DNA of 64,000 nt from Dehalococcoidia bacterium (GCA_030612025.1 JAUWOR010000010.1:11102-75101); one strand, 5' to 3'; shown: positions 46,611 to 57,150, numbered from the stretch's first letter. Translations and numbers: made by a program. Notes: generated from the letters alone by a model not told the origin.

Positions 46611-46691
46611 CTAAAATAGGCAGACAGAAATGCCGTTTACCGAACGCAGACTTGAAAAGCAAGCTATAGGCATTGCCAAGGAAAGTTTTAG

Positions 46692-47414
46692 TTAATTCTT
46701 TTGCCCGAACGGGCAGATATAAACGCACATACCACAGGCGCGCACACCAATAGTCTGCTCTTGGTCGCTAACATAGCGATCACATGCTTCAGCAGCAAAT
46801 ATCTCGCTCCTTGGTCGGGGCCCATCAAAAGCCTGTCCGGTAAAAGCATGCACGGGACAAGCTTCCACGCATGCGCGGCAGTCCTTGCACATCTCATCCA
46901 TAGGCATTCCAGCTTCCAACGGAGCATCTGTGAGCACCGTACCCCACCTCACACGGGGGCCGTGTTTTGGTGTAATGAGCAAAGCACTCTTGCCAATCCA
47001 ACCCAGTCCAGCTAAATGAGCTGCTAATTTGTGGGAGAACACACCAGCAAGTTCAGCTTTGCCCACTCTCTGAGACGACGGGATAATGAAAGCCTGAAAA
47101 CCAGCTTTATCTAGGGATTGAGCTAACATCAAAGAAATCGAGTCTATGCGAGGATTTACAGCTTGATGTGTGTGATACCGATAAGTATATAGGGCAGCAA
47201 CATTGTTATGAGAGCCCAGCGCATTTACAATGCTATCCATAAGAATGAAGCCATGGGAAACAGCTCGCGGAAACCGAGTTAGAAATTCTCCCCCCTGCTC
47301 TGAAATGCTCTGCCTGGCAGGAGTAAGGTCAGCTATGCCGAAGTAAGTTGCCCCCATGCTCTCAGCCAAAGATTCTAGCCTGCCTTTAAGATTTACCTTA
47401 TCCCTATCTCGCAC
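46692..47414 (-). CDS. QueG-like 4Fe-4S protein (epoxyqueuosine reductase family)
   Basis: SHKLAAHLAGLGWIGKS, CKDCRACVEACP, CGMCVYICP. Confidence 0.8.
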   Translation of the reverse strand: MRDRDKVNLKGRLESLAESMGATYFGIADLTPARQSISEQGGEFLTRFPRAVSHGFILMDSIVNALGSHNNVAALYTYRYHTHQAVNPRIDSISLMLAQSLDKAGFQAFIIPSSQRVGKAELAGVFSHKLAAHLAGLGWIGKSALLITPKHGPRVRWGTVLTDAPLEAGMPMDEMCKDCRACVEACPVHAFTGQAFDGPRPRSEIFAAEACDRYVSDQEQTIGVRACGMCVYICPFGQKN

Positions 47415-47510
47415 AGCTAACTCCTATCTATAAGTATAGCACAGCAAAGCTATCCAACCCAATTTACTCCCAGCCAATGCCCAAACTACTAACTCTGAGA
47501 GCATTTCTTT

Positions 47511-47565
47511 TGTCACCCTGAGCGATAGCGAAGGGTCTAGATTCTTCGCTTTGCTCAGAATGACA
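47511..47565. repeat. GTCACCCTGAG...CTCAGAATGAC palindrome
   Basis: TGTCACCCTGAGCGATAGCGAAGGGTCT-AGATTCTTCGCTTTGCTCAGAATGACA. Confidence 0.85.
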
Positions 47566-47641
47566 GGAGGGGGGTTGCTAAATGAACTACTAAATCCACT
47601 GATATTTGCTATAATCAAAGCAGCTACGCAGAAATGAAATT

Positions 47642-48130
47642 ATGAATGAAATAAAGTACAAGCCAATCGGAGTTATCCATTCTCCGTTCAAAGAACCCAA
47701 AGGAACACCTATACAGCCTGCGGGTGGCAAGGGTATCAATGGAACAGTTGAGGTATTCTCGGAATATACTGAAGGCTTAAAAGATGCTGAAGGCTTTTCT
47801 CACATTATTTTGATATACCACTTTCATTTATCCAAAGGATTTTCCTTAAAAGTAAAGCCGTATATGGATAACGAAGCGCATGGAGTCTTTGCCATGCGAG
47901 GTCCAAGTAGACCAAACCCAATTGGCATCTCGGTAGTGCGTCTTGTCAGGATTGAAGAGAATATACTCCATATTCAAGATGTAGACATCGTAGACGGAAC
48001 TCCCCTTCTGGATATCAAGCCTTATGTGCCAGAATTCGACATAAGAAAAGTAGAGAAAATAGGATGGCTGGAGAAAAACGTGCATAAACTTTCAACCTCA
48101 AAAGATGACGGAAGGTTCACGATATGTTAG
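47642..48130 (+). CDS. TsaA/TrmO-family tRNA methyltransferase-like protein
   Basis: PIGVIHSPF, GVFAMR.P.RPNPIG, DGTPLLDIKPY. Confidence 0.9.
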   Translation: MNEIKYKPIGVIHSPFKEPKGTPIQPAGGKGINGTVEVFSEYTEGLKDAEGFSHIILIYHFHLSKGFSLKVKPYMDNEAHGVFAMRGPSRPNPIGISVVRLVRIEENILHIQDVDIVDGTPLLDIKPYVPEFDIRKVEKIGWLEKNVHKLSTSKDDGRFTIC

Positions 48131-48164
48131 GCAATATCAGCATTATTTTAAGGAGGGTGCAAAC

Positions 48165-48737
48165 ATGGCTATGAAACCAGTGGTAATTAAGTTCTTCGCC
48201 CCTGTCATAGATGCTACAGTCAACGCTCTTATGAATGCTATTGACCAGAAAATGAAGCAAGGGATAAGAGATTTCATCATCCTTATCTCCTCACCTGGTG
48301 GCTCTGTTATTCACGGTTTGAGCACATACAATTATTTGAAGGGGTTGCCAGCCACGATAACTACACACAACTTCGGTAGCGTAGACTCAATAGGCATCGT
48401 CCTATATTGTGCCGGCTCAAGGAGGCTGTCAGTGCCCCAAGCGAGATTCTTGCTTCACGGTGTTAACGCCCAATTTAAGGGAAACCAGAACTTGGAAGAA
48501 AAGCAGCTAGAAGAAAGATTAAAGGGATTGAGGATTGATATCGAGAACATAGCGAAAGTAATTGCGGCAAACACGGGTAAAAGCGTAAAGGATGTGACGA
48601 ATGCCATGCTTGAAAGGACAACTCTGAACCCAGAGGAAGCGCAATCCTGGGGTTTAGTGCATGAAATCAAGTCACAGCTATTTGAGGCGGGAAGCGAAGT
48701 GATCTCCATACAATTTCAGCAACCGCAAAAACCATGA
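48165..48737 (+). CDS. Divergent ClpP-like protease
   Basis: ISSPGGSV, VDSIG, FLLHG, EEAQSWGLV. Confidence 0.8.
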   Translation: MAMKPVVIKFFAPVIDATVNALMNAIDQKMKQGIRDFIILISSPGGSVIHGLSTYNYLKGLPATITTHNFGSVDSIGIVLYCAGSRRLSVPQARFLLHGVNAQFKGNQNLEEKQLEERLKGLRIDIENIAKVIAANTGKSVKDVTNAMLERTTLNPEEAQSWGLVHEIKSQLFEAGSEVISIQFQQPQKP

Positions 48738-48788
48738 CATTGCCTATAAGCATGGTTAACCAAATATGGGGCTCATAAGGAGAAGGGT

Positions 48789-49964
48789 ATGGTAAAACAC
48801 ATTTTTAGAGGGCTGGCTGCCATTTTTATAGTCACATTGTTAATGATATTCACTGTAGTGCCAGTTTTAGCATTTGATGCTCGCAGTGGAGCGACGGTGA
48901 CCGTCGCTAGTGGAGAGACAGTGGACGATGACCTTTATGTAGGCGCCAACACTGTTATCGTTGACGGCACCATTGCGGGCGACCTCTGGGCTGCCGGTAA
49001 CGCTATTATCGTCAATGGCACAGTTAAAGGCAGTGTCATGGCTGCTGGCAGGACAGTTAACATCAATGGCGATGTTGGTCACGCTGTGCGAGCAGGAGGC
49101 GAAACTATCATCATTAATGGCGATGTTAGCGGCGATGTAATAGTTGGTGGTAGCCAGGTGAATATAGCCAGTACAGCCAAAATTGGTGGTGACCTCCTTT
49201 TCGGCGCTGGAATTGCACGCATTGATGGACTTATTGAGGGTGACATCAAGGGTGGAGGAAGCGAGGTCACCATAAGCAACGGGGTAAAGGGAAACGTTGC
49301 TCTCAAAGTTGAGAGCCTGACAATATTGCCTACGGCAAATATCCAAGGCGACCTAACCTACACCTGTGAAGAAGAAGCTGACATCCAATCCGGTGCCCAA
49401 ATTGGTGGCATGACCACTCATAACCTGCCCGAAGTAAAGGAAAAACGAGCTAAACCCTTCCCCTTCGTCCTTTTCTCTGGCATAGGAGGCAAGGTAACAG
49501 GCTTCATAATGGCTTTGATAGCAGGGCTAGTTATCATTCTCCTTGCCCCAAGACGATTGACATCTATCGCCGAGTCTATCCGCACCAGGCTCGGGGCCAG
49601 CGCCGGCTGGGGAGCTCTTATCCTGTTTGTTACTCCTATCGCCGCTATAATAGTGTGCATCACAATTATAGGTATACCCGTGGGGCTAATTGCTCTAGCT
49701 CTCTGGGGGATAGCTATTTACCTGGCCCAAATCCCTGTGGGCTTATTTGTCGGGCGGTGGATTATTGGCCACTTCAGGGGGGTGGAGGGCAAAGCCATCA
49801 TGGTCGGAGCCCTAGCTTTGGGACTTGTCATCCTTAGGCTCTTGAGGCTAATCCCCTACTTAGGCTTCTTCATTGGACTGGCTGTCATCCTCTTTGGCTT
49901 GGGAGCAGTAGTAGTCTCAGAAAGGGCGCGACGAGCCAGGGCCCGGGAGGCAGAGTCAACCTAG
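48789..49964 (+). CDS. Membrane protein with a bactofilin-like (polymer-forming) beta-helix repeat domain
   Basis: Repeated (V/I)xGD(L/V) units followed by several TM helices. Confidence 0.8.
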   Translation: MVKHIFRGLAAIFIVTLLMIFTVVPVLAFDARSGATVTVASGETVDDDLYVGANTVIVDGTIAGDLWAAGNAIIVNGTVKGSVMAAGRTVNINGDVGHAVRAGGETIIINGDVSGDVIVGGSQVNIASTAKIGGDLLFGAGIARIDGLIEGDIKGGGSEVTISNGVKGNVALKVESLTILPTANIQGDLTYTCEEEADIQSGAQIGGMTTHNLPEVKEKRAKPFPFVLFSGIGGKVTGFIMALIAGLVIILLAPRRLTSIAESIRTRLGASAGWGALILFVTPIAAIIVCITIIGIPVGLIALALWGIAIYLAQIPVGLFVGRWIIGHFRGVEGKAIMVGALALGLVILRLLRLIPYLGFFIGLAVILFGLGAVVVSERARRARAREAEST

Positions 49965-50065
49965 TTACAATGGAAACTGAATGAAGAAATCGAAACTGGC
50001 AGTAGCTTATTCGGGTAGATAGAAGGTGACCACTTGGTTAGGATGGCCAGAATCCACACATCGCA

Positions 50066-50536
50066 ATGACCAAAAAGCTAAATAAACATCCACCACCAAA
50101 CATGGCTAACTTGATAGTTAAACCAGTTGAGACTTCACAAGAATTAAGTGACGCCCAGGAAGTAAGACGCCAAGTCTTTACCGAAGAACAAGGAATAAAA
50201 CGAGAGGTGGACATTAATGGGCTGGACCAGAATTCAGACCATATTATTGCCTATGATAAGAACGTTCCAGTTGGAACTGCCAGAATCAGGTACAAAAATG
50301 GTATCCAGGCGAAGCTTGAGAGGATTGCTGTGTTAAAGCCCTATCGCGGCCAAGGAATCGGTAAAAGAATAATCGCAGCATCCCTGGGATTGGCTAAGAC
50401 AAAAGGGGCATTAGAAGTAATATTGGATTCGCAGCAGTACGCCGCCGGGTTTTATGAAAAGCTCGGCTTCCGACAAGAAGGAGAGCCATTTGAAGAAGTG
50501 GGAATTCCACATATAGCAATGACCAAAAAACTGTAA
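50066..50536 (+). CDS. GNAT acetyltransferase (ElaA/YjcF-like)
   Basis: RRQVFTEEQG, RGQGIG, FYEKLGF, GIPH. Confidence 0.9.
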   Translation: MTKKLNKHPPPNMANLIVKPVETSQELSDAQEVRRQVFTEEQGIKREVDINGLDQNSDHIIAYDKNVPVGTARIRYKNGIQAKLERIAVLKPYRGQGIGKRIIAASLGLAKTKGALEVILDSQQYAAGFYEKLGFRQEGEPFEEVGIPHIAMTKKL

Positions 50537-50545
50537 AAAACAAGA

Positions 50546-51031
50546 ATGATTCGCAGTCTATCGCCCTCGGACTTCGACGCTATCCTAAAGGTCATAAACG
50601 ACGCCGCACAGGCTTACAAAGGTGTAATTCCGAGTGATAGGTGGAAGGAACCTTATATGTCAGCCGAGGAACTAAAAGAGGGAATTGAAGCTGGTGTTAG
50701 ATTCTTCGGATGGATAGAAGATGACCGTTTGCTTGGAGTAGCAGGAATCCAACCTATTAAAGATACTACGCTGATCAGGCATACCTATGTAGCTACAAAA
50801 TGCCAGAGAAAAGGGATTGGCAGCAGGTTACTTGAACACCTGATAGGCTTAGCCGAGACTCCTGAAATCCTGGTGGGAACCTGGGCCGATGCCACCTGGG
50901 CAATCCAATTTTATGAGAAACACAGCTTCAAGCTAGTACCACTCGAGGAAAAGGATAGACTCCTGCGAACATATTGGAACATTCCTGACAGGCAGGTTGA
51001 AACCTCAGTCGTGCTAAAGTGTACCAAGTAA
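50546..51031 (+). CDS. GNAT acetyltransferase
   Basis: QRKGIGSRLL, WAIQFYEK. Confidence 0.9.
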   Translation: MIRSLSPSDFDAILKVINDAAQAYKGVIPSDRWKEPYMSAEELKEGIEAGVRFFGWIEDDRLLGVAGIQPIKDTTLIRHTYVATKCQRKGIGSRLLEHLIGLAETPEILVGTWADATWAIQFYEKHSFKLVPLEEKDRLLRTYWNIPDRQVETSVVLKCTK

Positions 51032-51147
51032 ACTATAGCCTTGAGCTAACGTTGTCCAACACTGAGCAACCTGCCCGCTGCTTTCTCCTTTACCAAATGT
51101 GTCATGCCTTGTATAATCGCAGCAAGTTTACGAAAAGGAGTATAAAT

Positions 51148-51924
51148 ATGAGGATCGCAACTGGAACGGTTGGCTATCTTGGCTACAGCGATCCGAGTAA
51201 AAATGGGATGCTTCTCGCTCTCTATCGCCGTATATTGGATCGCAGTTCTCTCTACAGAGTAGACCTTGTCTGCCTCCCCGGAGGCTATCTACAGGTCAAA
51301 GACGATACCCAGAAGGATGAACTAGCTGCGATCTTAGTGGCTGAGGCAAAGAAACGGAACATCGCTGTGGCAGTCGGTATAGACCTTTCAGCCAAGAGGC
51401 AGCCGCCATGGGATCATAATTATGAGAACATCCTCATCCGACATTATTCTCTCCCTTTGTTTGCCATTTGCTGGACTCCTAAGCAGGACAATGTATCAAA
51501 TTGCTGGCGAGAGAGATCAACTAGGCACGATAACGCTTCTTTAGTCCCAGCCCATGCTCTTTCTGAAGAACGGCGTCTTCCAGTTCAGGATGGATGGGTT
51601 GAGATTCTAATGTGCGGTGAGATTTTCAATCAGAGCATCCGCAGCCATATTGTCCGACACAAGGAAAATTTGAATGCTGCCATCGTTCTTGGCCACGAAT
51701 CGCGGGGATTCCGTGTGTGGAATGGCATGAAGATACTATCAAAGGAAGGATTGATAACTCTTTGTTCCGTCCACACGGAAAGGAAGGGGGGCATGAAATT
51801 CCGGTACGATCCTGGCGGCGTATGTCGGTCCACTCAAGATGCCGATATTGTACTTAATGCCGATCTGCCGGCTAAGTTGTCTAGGACTGAGCCAAGGGTT
51901 GAGTTGAAAATTTGGGATGTTTGA
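51148..51924 (+). CDS. Hypothetical protein, possibly a divergent nitrilase / CN-hydrolase fold
   Basis: DLVCLPGG and ILMCGE resemble CN-hydrolase motifs; RBS AAGGAG. Confidence 0.45.
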   Translation: MRIATGTVGYLGYSDPSKNGMLLALYRRILDRSSLYRVDLVCLPGGYLQVKDDTQKDELAAILVAEAKKRNIAVAVGIDLSAKRQPPWDHNYENILIRHYSLPLFAICWTPKQDNVSNCWRERSTRHDNASLVPAHALSEERRLPVQDGWVEILMCGEIFNQSIRSHIVRHKENLNAAIVLGHESRGFRVWNGMKILSKEGLITLCSVHTERKGGMKFRYDPGGVCRSTQDADIVLNADLPAKLSRTEPRVELKIWDV

Positions 51925-52032
51925 GATCTACCTTCGTAGCAGCAATATGCCGAATTCTGTTGAAGAGCTCAGGAATGACGCGAGGATGGCCTTGCAGGAA
52001 GAGCAGCAGACTTCTGAGAAAGGAGCTGATAG

Positions 52033-52740
52033 ATGAAGCACAAGATCACTTACATCCTGGTTATCGCAAGCGTTTTAGGGATAGTTTGCGCTGCTTGCTA
52101 TGTGCCAGAGGAGCAGGTGGCACAGGCTCCTAAAGAAGCACCAGCACCACCGGTTGTGCTCGATTGCCAGGTATTTGAAGATAGCTTAGGGGGTGTTGCT
52201 ATAGTTGGTCACGTTAAGAATGAAAGCGAGCTTACCTACAGCTGGGTTACGGTTGGTGTCAAGCTCTACAGCAAGCAGGGTGTTCTCATGGATAACCGAG
52301 GTGATAGTATATGTGCCTTAGCTCCTGGCGAAGTGTGGGAGTTCCACACAGGCAGCTTTCTTGACTTTGAGAAGCTTGGCAGATATGAAGTGTACATAAA
52401 AGACTTCGGTTGCAGCGAAGAGGAGCAGGTGACACAAGCTCCTACGAAAGCGCCAGCACCACCGGTTGTGCTCGATTGCCAGGTATTTGAAGATAGCTTA
52501 GGGGGTGTTGCTATAGTTGGTCACGTTAAGAATGAAAGCGAGCTTACCTACAGCTGGGTTACGGTTGGTGTCAAGCTCTACAACAAGCAGGGTGTTCTGA
52601 TCGATAACCGAGGTGATGGTATATGTGACTTAGCTCCTGGCGAAGTGTGGGAGTTCCACACAGGCAGCTTTCTTGACTTTGAGAAGCTTGACAGATATGA
52701 AGTGTACATAAAAGACTTCGGTTGCAACGAAATCGACTAG
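52033..52740 (+). CDS. Lipoprotein with two tandem FxLYD-type domains (312-bp near-identical duplication)
   Basis: IVGHVKN..VKLY..LAPGEVWEF twice; 52108-52419 vs 52420-52731. Confidence 0.8.
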   Translation: MKHKITYILVIASVLGIVCAACYVPEEQVAQAPKEAPAPPVVLDCQVFEDSLGGVAIVGHVKNESELTYSWVTVGVKLYSKQGVLMDNRGDSICALAPGEVWEFHTGSFLDFEKLGRYEVYIKDFGCSEEEQVTQAPTKAPAPPVVLDCQVFEDSLGGVAIVGHVKNESELTYSWVTVGVKLYNKQGVLIDNRGDGICDLAPGEVWEFHTGSFLDFEKLDRYEVYIKDFGCNEID

Positions 52741-52896
52741 TTAGAACGAAGAACATTATACATACCCACGAGCTTAACCTCACCGCTTAACCATGGCTCT
52801 TTTCTACCAGTTGATGATTTTCCTTAGCTCCTTGGCTTGATTCCGAGTTAAGTCTACCTCAGCACTAGATTTATAGATAGAATAGGAGGTATTCAC

Positions 52897-53415
52897 ATGA
52901 TGCCACAAAAATCAATTCCCACAAAAGAGCCACAAATCCTGGAAATGCCATCACAAAAGATGGCTGTAGTCTATATGAGGGGTGACCCAAACAAGGTAAT
53001 GCCCCAATTCCTGCCAGCGCTCTATGGTTCAGTCTACAAACTGAAGTTCGAACTCAAAAAGAAAGGCATCGAATTTAAAGTGGACAAGCTGCGAGCAAGA
53101 TGGCCTAATGCCCATCTTGTCCCTAAAGACGAATGGCTGGGAATCTGTGGCCTGCCTATTCCCGAAGACACGACTTCTCTGCCACAAAAAGTCCCCGGCA
53201 TCGAAGTCAAGATCGAGCAGTGGGACTACGGCACAGTAGCACAAATTCTCCACATCGGGCCTTATAGTGAAGAGGGAGCCACGGTTGAGCGCCTGCATAA
53301 ATTCATTGCAGACAGCGGCTACGAAATAGCCGGCGTTCATGAGGAGGAATACCTCACGAGCCTTGATGCAAAAGTCCAGAAGACCCTCATACGATACCCT
53401 ATCAGGAAGAAATAG
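52897..53415 (+). CDS. GyrI-like small-molecule-binding protein
   Basis: GDPN, HIGPYSEE, HEEEYL. Confidence 0.85.
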   Translation: MMPQKSIPTKEPQILEMPSQKMAVVYMRGDPNKVMPQFLPALYGSVYKLKFELKKKGIEFKVDKLRARWPNAHLVPKDEWLGICGLPIPEDTTSLPQKVPGIEVKIEQWDYGTVAQILHIGPYSEEGATVERLHKFIADSGYEIAGVHEEEYLTSLDAKVQKTLIRYPIRKK

Positions 53416-53498
53416 GTAGATCGGGACCTCAGTTATGTGCGAGCAAGCAGAGATGGTAAAAGACAGATATTAATAGTAAAATCAATTTGGTCCACCGC

Positions 53499-54239
53499 AT
53501 GGAGAAGCATAGCGAGCAAATACGTAGCCATCCCTTTGTTGACGAAGTTATTGCTGACAGTGGGCCTGTCTTACGGCAGTTATTAAGCCCGAAGCAGCGT
53601 CCCACGAGGCGCTCAGAGCCAGAGCGTTACTTTTGGTCCGTACGGTTCTATATACATAACCTCTGTGATTCCTTCACACGTCTGGAACACATACGAACTT
53701 ACTTGGCTCACATTAGAATTTCCAAGCAATATAGGCAAGACGGGATCACTCGAACGAGTTACATCGAATATCATTCTTCCAACCATGCTGTTATTCTGGT
53801 GGGTATATTTGACATCGCATTAATCCTGACAAGCAATGTATTCCGGCTTGGCATTGCTGAGAAACAATGCCGCTCAGACCTTATTATGCAGAACGCTTGG
53901 GTCCACGAGAGAGGGATTGATAGAATCTTACGACAACTGGATTCTGCTGTATCACCACTGCGTGAGCCACGGAACCTATTTGCTCATCGCGGGATACCTC
54001 GAATGGATGAATTTCTCACAGCCTTGGGTGAGTACGATGCTTTGGAGGAAAAGGGTCTCCTAAAAAAGATGCCTAACCGTTCCAAAGTTGAGCTAGTATA
54101 TAAAGAAAAGATTTCAGGAATTCTAGATGAACTGAGCAAGCGCGAGGAATCAGCCTTCAACCCTACGATGGAACTACTTACGGGCCTACACCCAGTATAT
54201 AACTCCTGGAAGAAGTTTTTTGCAACGCAGGAGAAATAG
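53499..54239 (+). CDS. Cthe_2314-like HEPN domain protein
   Basis: RNLFAH (Rx4H) motif in a helical protein. Confidence 0.6.
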   Translation: MEKHSEQIRSHPFVDEVIADSGPVLRQLLSPKQRPTRRSEPERYFWSVRFYIHNLCDSFTRLEHIRTYLAHIRISKQYRQDGITRTSYIEYHSSNHAVILVGIFDIALILTSNVFRLGIAEKQCRSDLIMQNAWVHERGIDRILRQLDSAVSPLREPRNLFAHRGIPRMDEFLTALGEYDALEEKGLLKKMPNRSKVELVYKEKISGILDELSKREESAFNPTMELLTGLHPVYNSWKKFFATQEK

Positions 54240-54344
54240 ACAGTGACTAATATTGAGAGGCAAGGAATACCGTGAACTGGATGCGCTACACTTCGCTAAA
54301 TGACCTACCACAAAAAGATTGGCAGTGAAACTGCCTGTCAATCA

Positions 54345-54914
54345 CTAGAAGTGCGGCTTACAAAGAATTTCCTTCACTCTGAGATCAAAGAAGTCCTGCG
54401 AAGTAACCGGTCTCAGCACAAGAGCAGTATCTGCCCCTCTGTGGGTGCCCCCTATGGCTATGACATCCTCATCAGTGCATACTAGACCAGCATCGGCTGC
54501 CATGATGGCGATCTCACAAGCTACCTTCATACCCCGTCCAAAAACGTACAGGGTCCTGGCCACTACTTCTTCAAAGAGATACATGTTGAACTTCTTGCGC
54601 ATAGCCCTGCTCAGCCCTGAGAAAGCATGTGTAGCAGTAAGTACTACAGCACCGTTACTTTCCACCTTCTGCTTGTTTTCCTCACTGAACTCCTGAGTAT
54701 TTGGTTCTTTAAAGCCGGCAGAATGGCTAACCACGACTACCCTAGCTCCCCGGAATGCCTCTGTAGCTTTCACCGCAGTATCTCCAGTAGTGGACGCCAC
54801 CACAATGTTCTTGATGCCTAACTCTTCCGCTCTGGCCTTAGCTATGCGAAGCACGTCATCTGTATTCTCAGGACCAGGCGTTGAGAAATAAACGATATTT
54901 CCTTCTATTCCCAC
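54345..54914 (-). CDS. Pyruvate-kinase C-terminal-like domain protein
   Basis: PGPENT, VVASTTG, GMKVACEI..MAADAG, GADTA; GTG start with AGGAGG. Confidence 0.8.
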   Translation of the reverse strand: MGIEGNIVYFSTPGPENTDDVLRIAKARAEELGIKNIVVASTTGDTAVKATEAFRGARVVVVSHSAGFKEPNTQEFSEENKQKVESNGAVVLTATHAFSGLSRAMRKKFNMYLFEEVVARTLYVFGRGMKVACEIAIMAADAGLVCTDEDVIAIGGTHRGADTALVLRPVTSQDFFDLRVKEILCKPHF

Positions 54915-55053
54915 TCTTTGTACCTCCTGATGAGATTTCTTTCCTATGCCTGAGTTCCAAATATAAGCTAACGAGTATAAGTAAAAGGGCAAGCGAAGTC
55001 AAGGAAGAGGTAGACAAATTTGCTATGTCATAATGCAAAAGGTGATGAACTCT

Positions 55054-55372
55054 ATGAAGTGGATACGCTACACCGCCCTAGGAATAGGTATTGCCTTTGG
55101 ATTGTTGTTCCTGACTTTTGCCATCGGCGAGGGCTTTAGCGGAGGCTTTGGAGACATTCCCGGCCCTAATGATTGCAGCTACCACTGTAGCGTGGAATCA
55201 TGAGCGAATTGGTGGCTGGTGGTTGATTATAGGTGGCATTATCACCGGAATACTCTTTACCATCAGGCTTATAGACAGGCCAATGAATCTTCTATGGATA
55301 TTCTTGGTTTATCCACTGCCCATGTTGGTAGCCGGAGTGTTATGGGTGCTTCACGCAGCGAAAATAGCCTAG
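55054..55372 (+). pseudogene. Frameshifted small membrane protein
   Basis: MKWIRYTALGIG..FAIGEG frame changes near 55150-55165 to PALMIAA..AW.HERIGG. Confidence 0.55.
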
Positions 55373-55450
55373 GTTTTGCACTGATTTCCTTCCACCTCAA
55401 AGGTGAGATTCCCATAGACATCATGCACGATGTTCAGGCCTTAGAGTAAA

Positions 55451-56014
55451 ATGAGCGTAATGGAAGAAATTAATCTCGCAGGTTGCTGCGGAATATTCTG
55501 TGGTTTGTGTAGCAAATACCAGTCGAAGGCGCCAAGCAGGTGTATCGGCTGCCAATTAGGTGAGCAACACTCGTGGTGTAGCATCTACCGGTGCTGCGTG
55601 ATGAAGAAAGGATTCACTACCTGCGCTGAATGTGAGGAATATCCCTGTGAAAGGTATTCTAGAAGGGGTTGGGGAACAGACCAATGGACACGAACCGCCC
55701 AGGAGAGCTTAAATAGCATTAAGGAAATTGGGATGAGAGGTTGGCTGGAGGAGCAGAGAAGGCGGCGGCTATTACTGGAAAATCTGCTCACCAATTATAA
55801 TGAGGGTAGGTCAATGAGCTTCTATTGCTTGGCTGTGGCACTTATGCCTTCTGGACTGATTGATAAAGCGATAAATGAGTTGAAGGAAAAACTGGCTATC
55901 AATCAGATCGATAACTCGGACATAAAAGCCAAGGCAACCACACTCAGGGGAATTATTCAAGGCTTGGCTCAAGAATATGGCATCGAGTTAAAACTTAGAA
56001 AGAAGGGAGGATAA
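55451..56014 (+). CDS. DUF3795 Cys-rich protein
   Basis: CCGIFCGLC, CIGC, CAECEEYPC. Confidence 0.8.
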   Translation: MSVMEEINLAGCCGIFCGLCSKYQSKAPSRCIGCQLGEQHSWCSIYRCCVMKKGFTTCAECEEYPCERYSRRGWGTDQWTRTAQESLNSIKEIGMRGWLEEQRRRRLLLENLLTNYNEGRSMSFYCLAVALMPSGLIDKAINELKEKLAINQIDNSDIKAKATTLRGIIQGLAQEYGIELKLRKKGG

Positions 56015-56016
56015 AA

Positions 56017-56520
56017 GTGGTTACTAAAGTAGAGGAGGTTAAAAATTTGGTTGAGCTGGGAATTAAACAACCCCAAGAAGCATTTCCTAGAATTAAGCAG
56101 TTGGCCCAGAGCAATGACTGGAAGGTGCGAGAGGTAGCCGCCACTTGCTTGGTTGAAATTAGTAAGAAGAAAACCGATGAAGTGATTCAAGAAATGATGC
56201 ACTGGGCTGATGGCGGTAACCCGAATGTTAGAAGAGCTTCGAGTGAGGGCTTAAGAAATGCTGCTAGAAGAAACCCTGATAAGGTGCTCTCTGTTATTGA
56301 GAAATTGAAGAAGGATGATAACCTTTATGTCAAGAAATCCGTCGCCAATGTGCTCAGAAATGCCTCAAGATACAATCCAAATCTAGTATTTGAGCTATGC
56401 CAGAAATGGGCACTCCTTGGAAATCCCAATACCAACTGGATAATCAAAAAGGGGATCAAAAACCATCTCTCGAACAACAAAGGTAGGGAAAATATCGCTA
56501 CTTATTGTGTTATCATATAA
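56017..56520 (+). CDS. HEAT-repeat DNA alkylation repair-like protein
   Basis: WKVREVAA, NVRRASSEG, YVKKSVAN.L. Confidence 0.75.
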   Translation: MVTKVEEVKNLVELGIKQPQEAFPRIKQLAQSNDWKVREVAATCLVEISKKKTDEVIQEMMHWADGGNPNVRRASSEGLRNAARRNPDKVLSVIEKLKKDDNLYVKKSVANVLRNASRYNPNLVFELCQKWALLGNPNTNWIIKKGIKNHLSNNKGRENIATYCVII

Positions 56521-56534
56521 GCGGAGGTATCTAG

Positions 56535-56950
56535 GTGAAGGCAATTGAGTCAAGGGCTGAAGTTTATCTGATGGCTTTGCAATCTCTCTCTAAGGCAGAA
56601 AAGGAGATAGTGCTTACCCGTTTGTTAGAAGACGCAAAACTAAGGGAAGACATTCTTGATTTAGCGCTTTTCCAACAGCGTCAAGGAGAACCCTCACGAC
56701 CTTTTAGGGAATACTTGGCTGAGAGAAGAAAATGGACAAACTCCCCGCACCTATCCATACCCGTATCAGCAGGAAAATCCTCTCCCTAGAAAACAATCCT
56801 AGACCTAGAGGAGCAAAGAAACTCAGTGGTCGGGAAGAATATCGCCTTCGACTCGGTGAATATAGAATCCTATACACCATTAATGATAGGGATGGCATAA
56901 TCACAGTTTTTGCTATAGGCCACCGCCGGGAAGTATACCGTCAAATCTAG
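56535..56950 (+). pseudogene. Antitoxin + RelE toxin pair damaged by a deletion at the junction
   Basis: Antitoxin ..EPSRPFREYLAER reads through; RelE (NPRPRGAKKL, YRLRLGEYRILY) lacks its first strand. Confidence 0.65.
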
Positions 56951-57150
56951 GACTTAACATCAGTGATAACCCATGCCTCCAATAAAAGGGAAATCCCTAT
57001 TATTTGGTTGCGGAATATTCGCATGGCAAGCGAAGTGCCAAACCAAATCCAGGTCAAATCAATCTTAAATAAACACGGAATTAAACATAGCATTATTTAG
57101 CCGCAGCTTGGGGCGGGATACTTTACATTTATCGCCTATTTGCCATCTCC

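Noticed and set aside
46692-47414. Reductive dehalogenase
   Set aside because: Only 240 aa, with no Tat signal and no rdhB anchor; fits the QueG-like family
52108-52731. Diversity-generating retroelement TR/VR pair
   Set aside because: Mismatches are not confined to adenines of one copy, both copies are in frame in one ORF, and no reverse transcriptase is present
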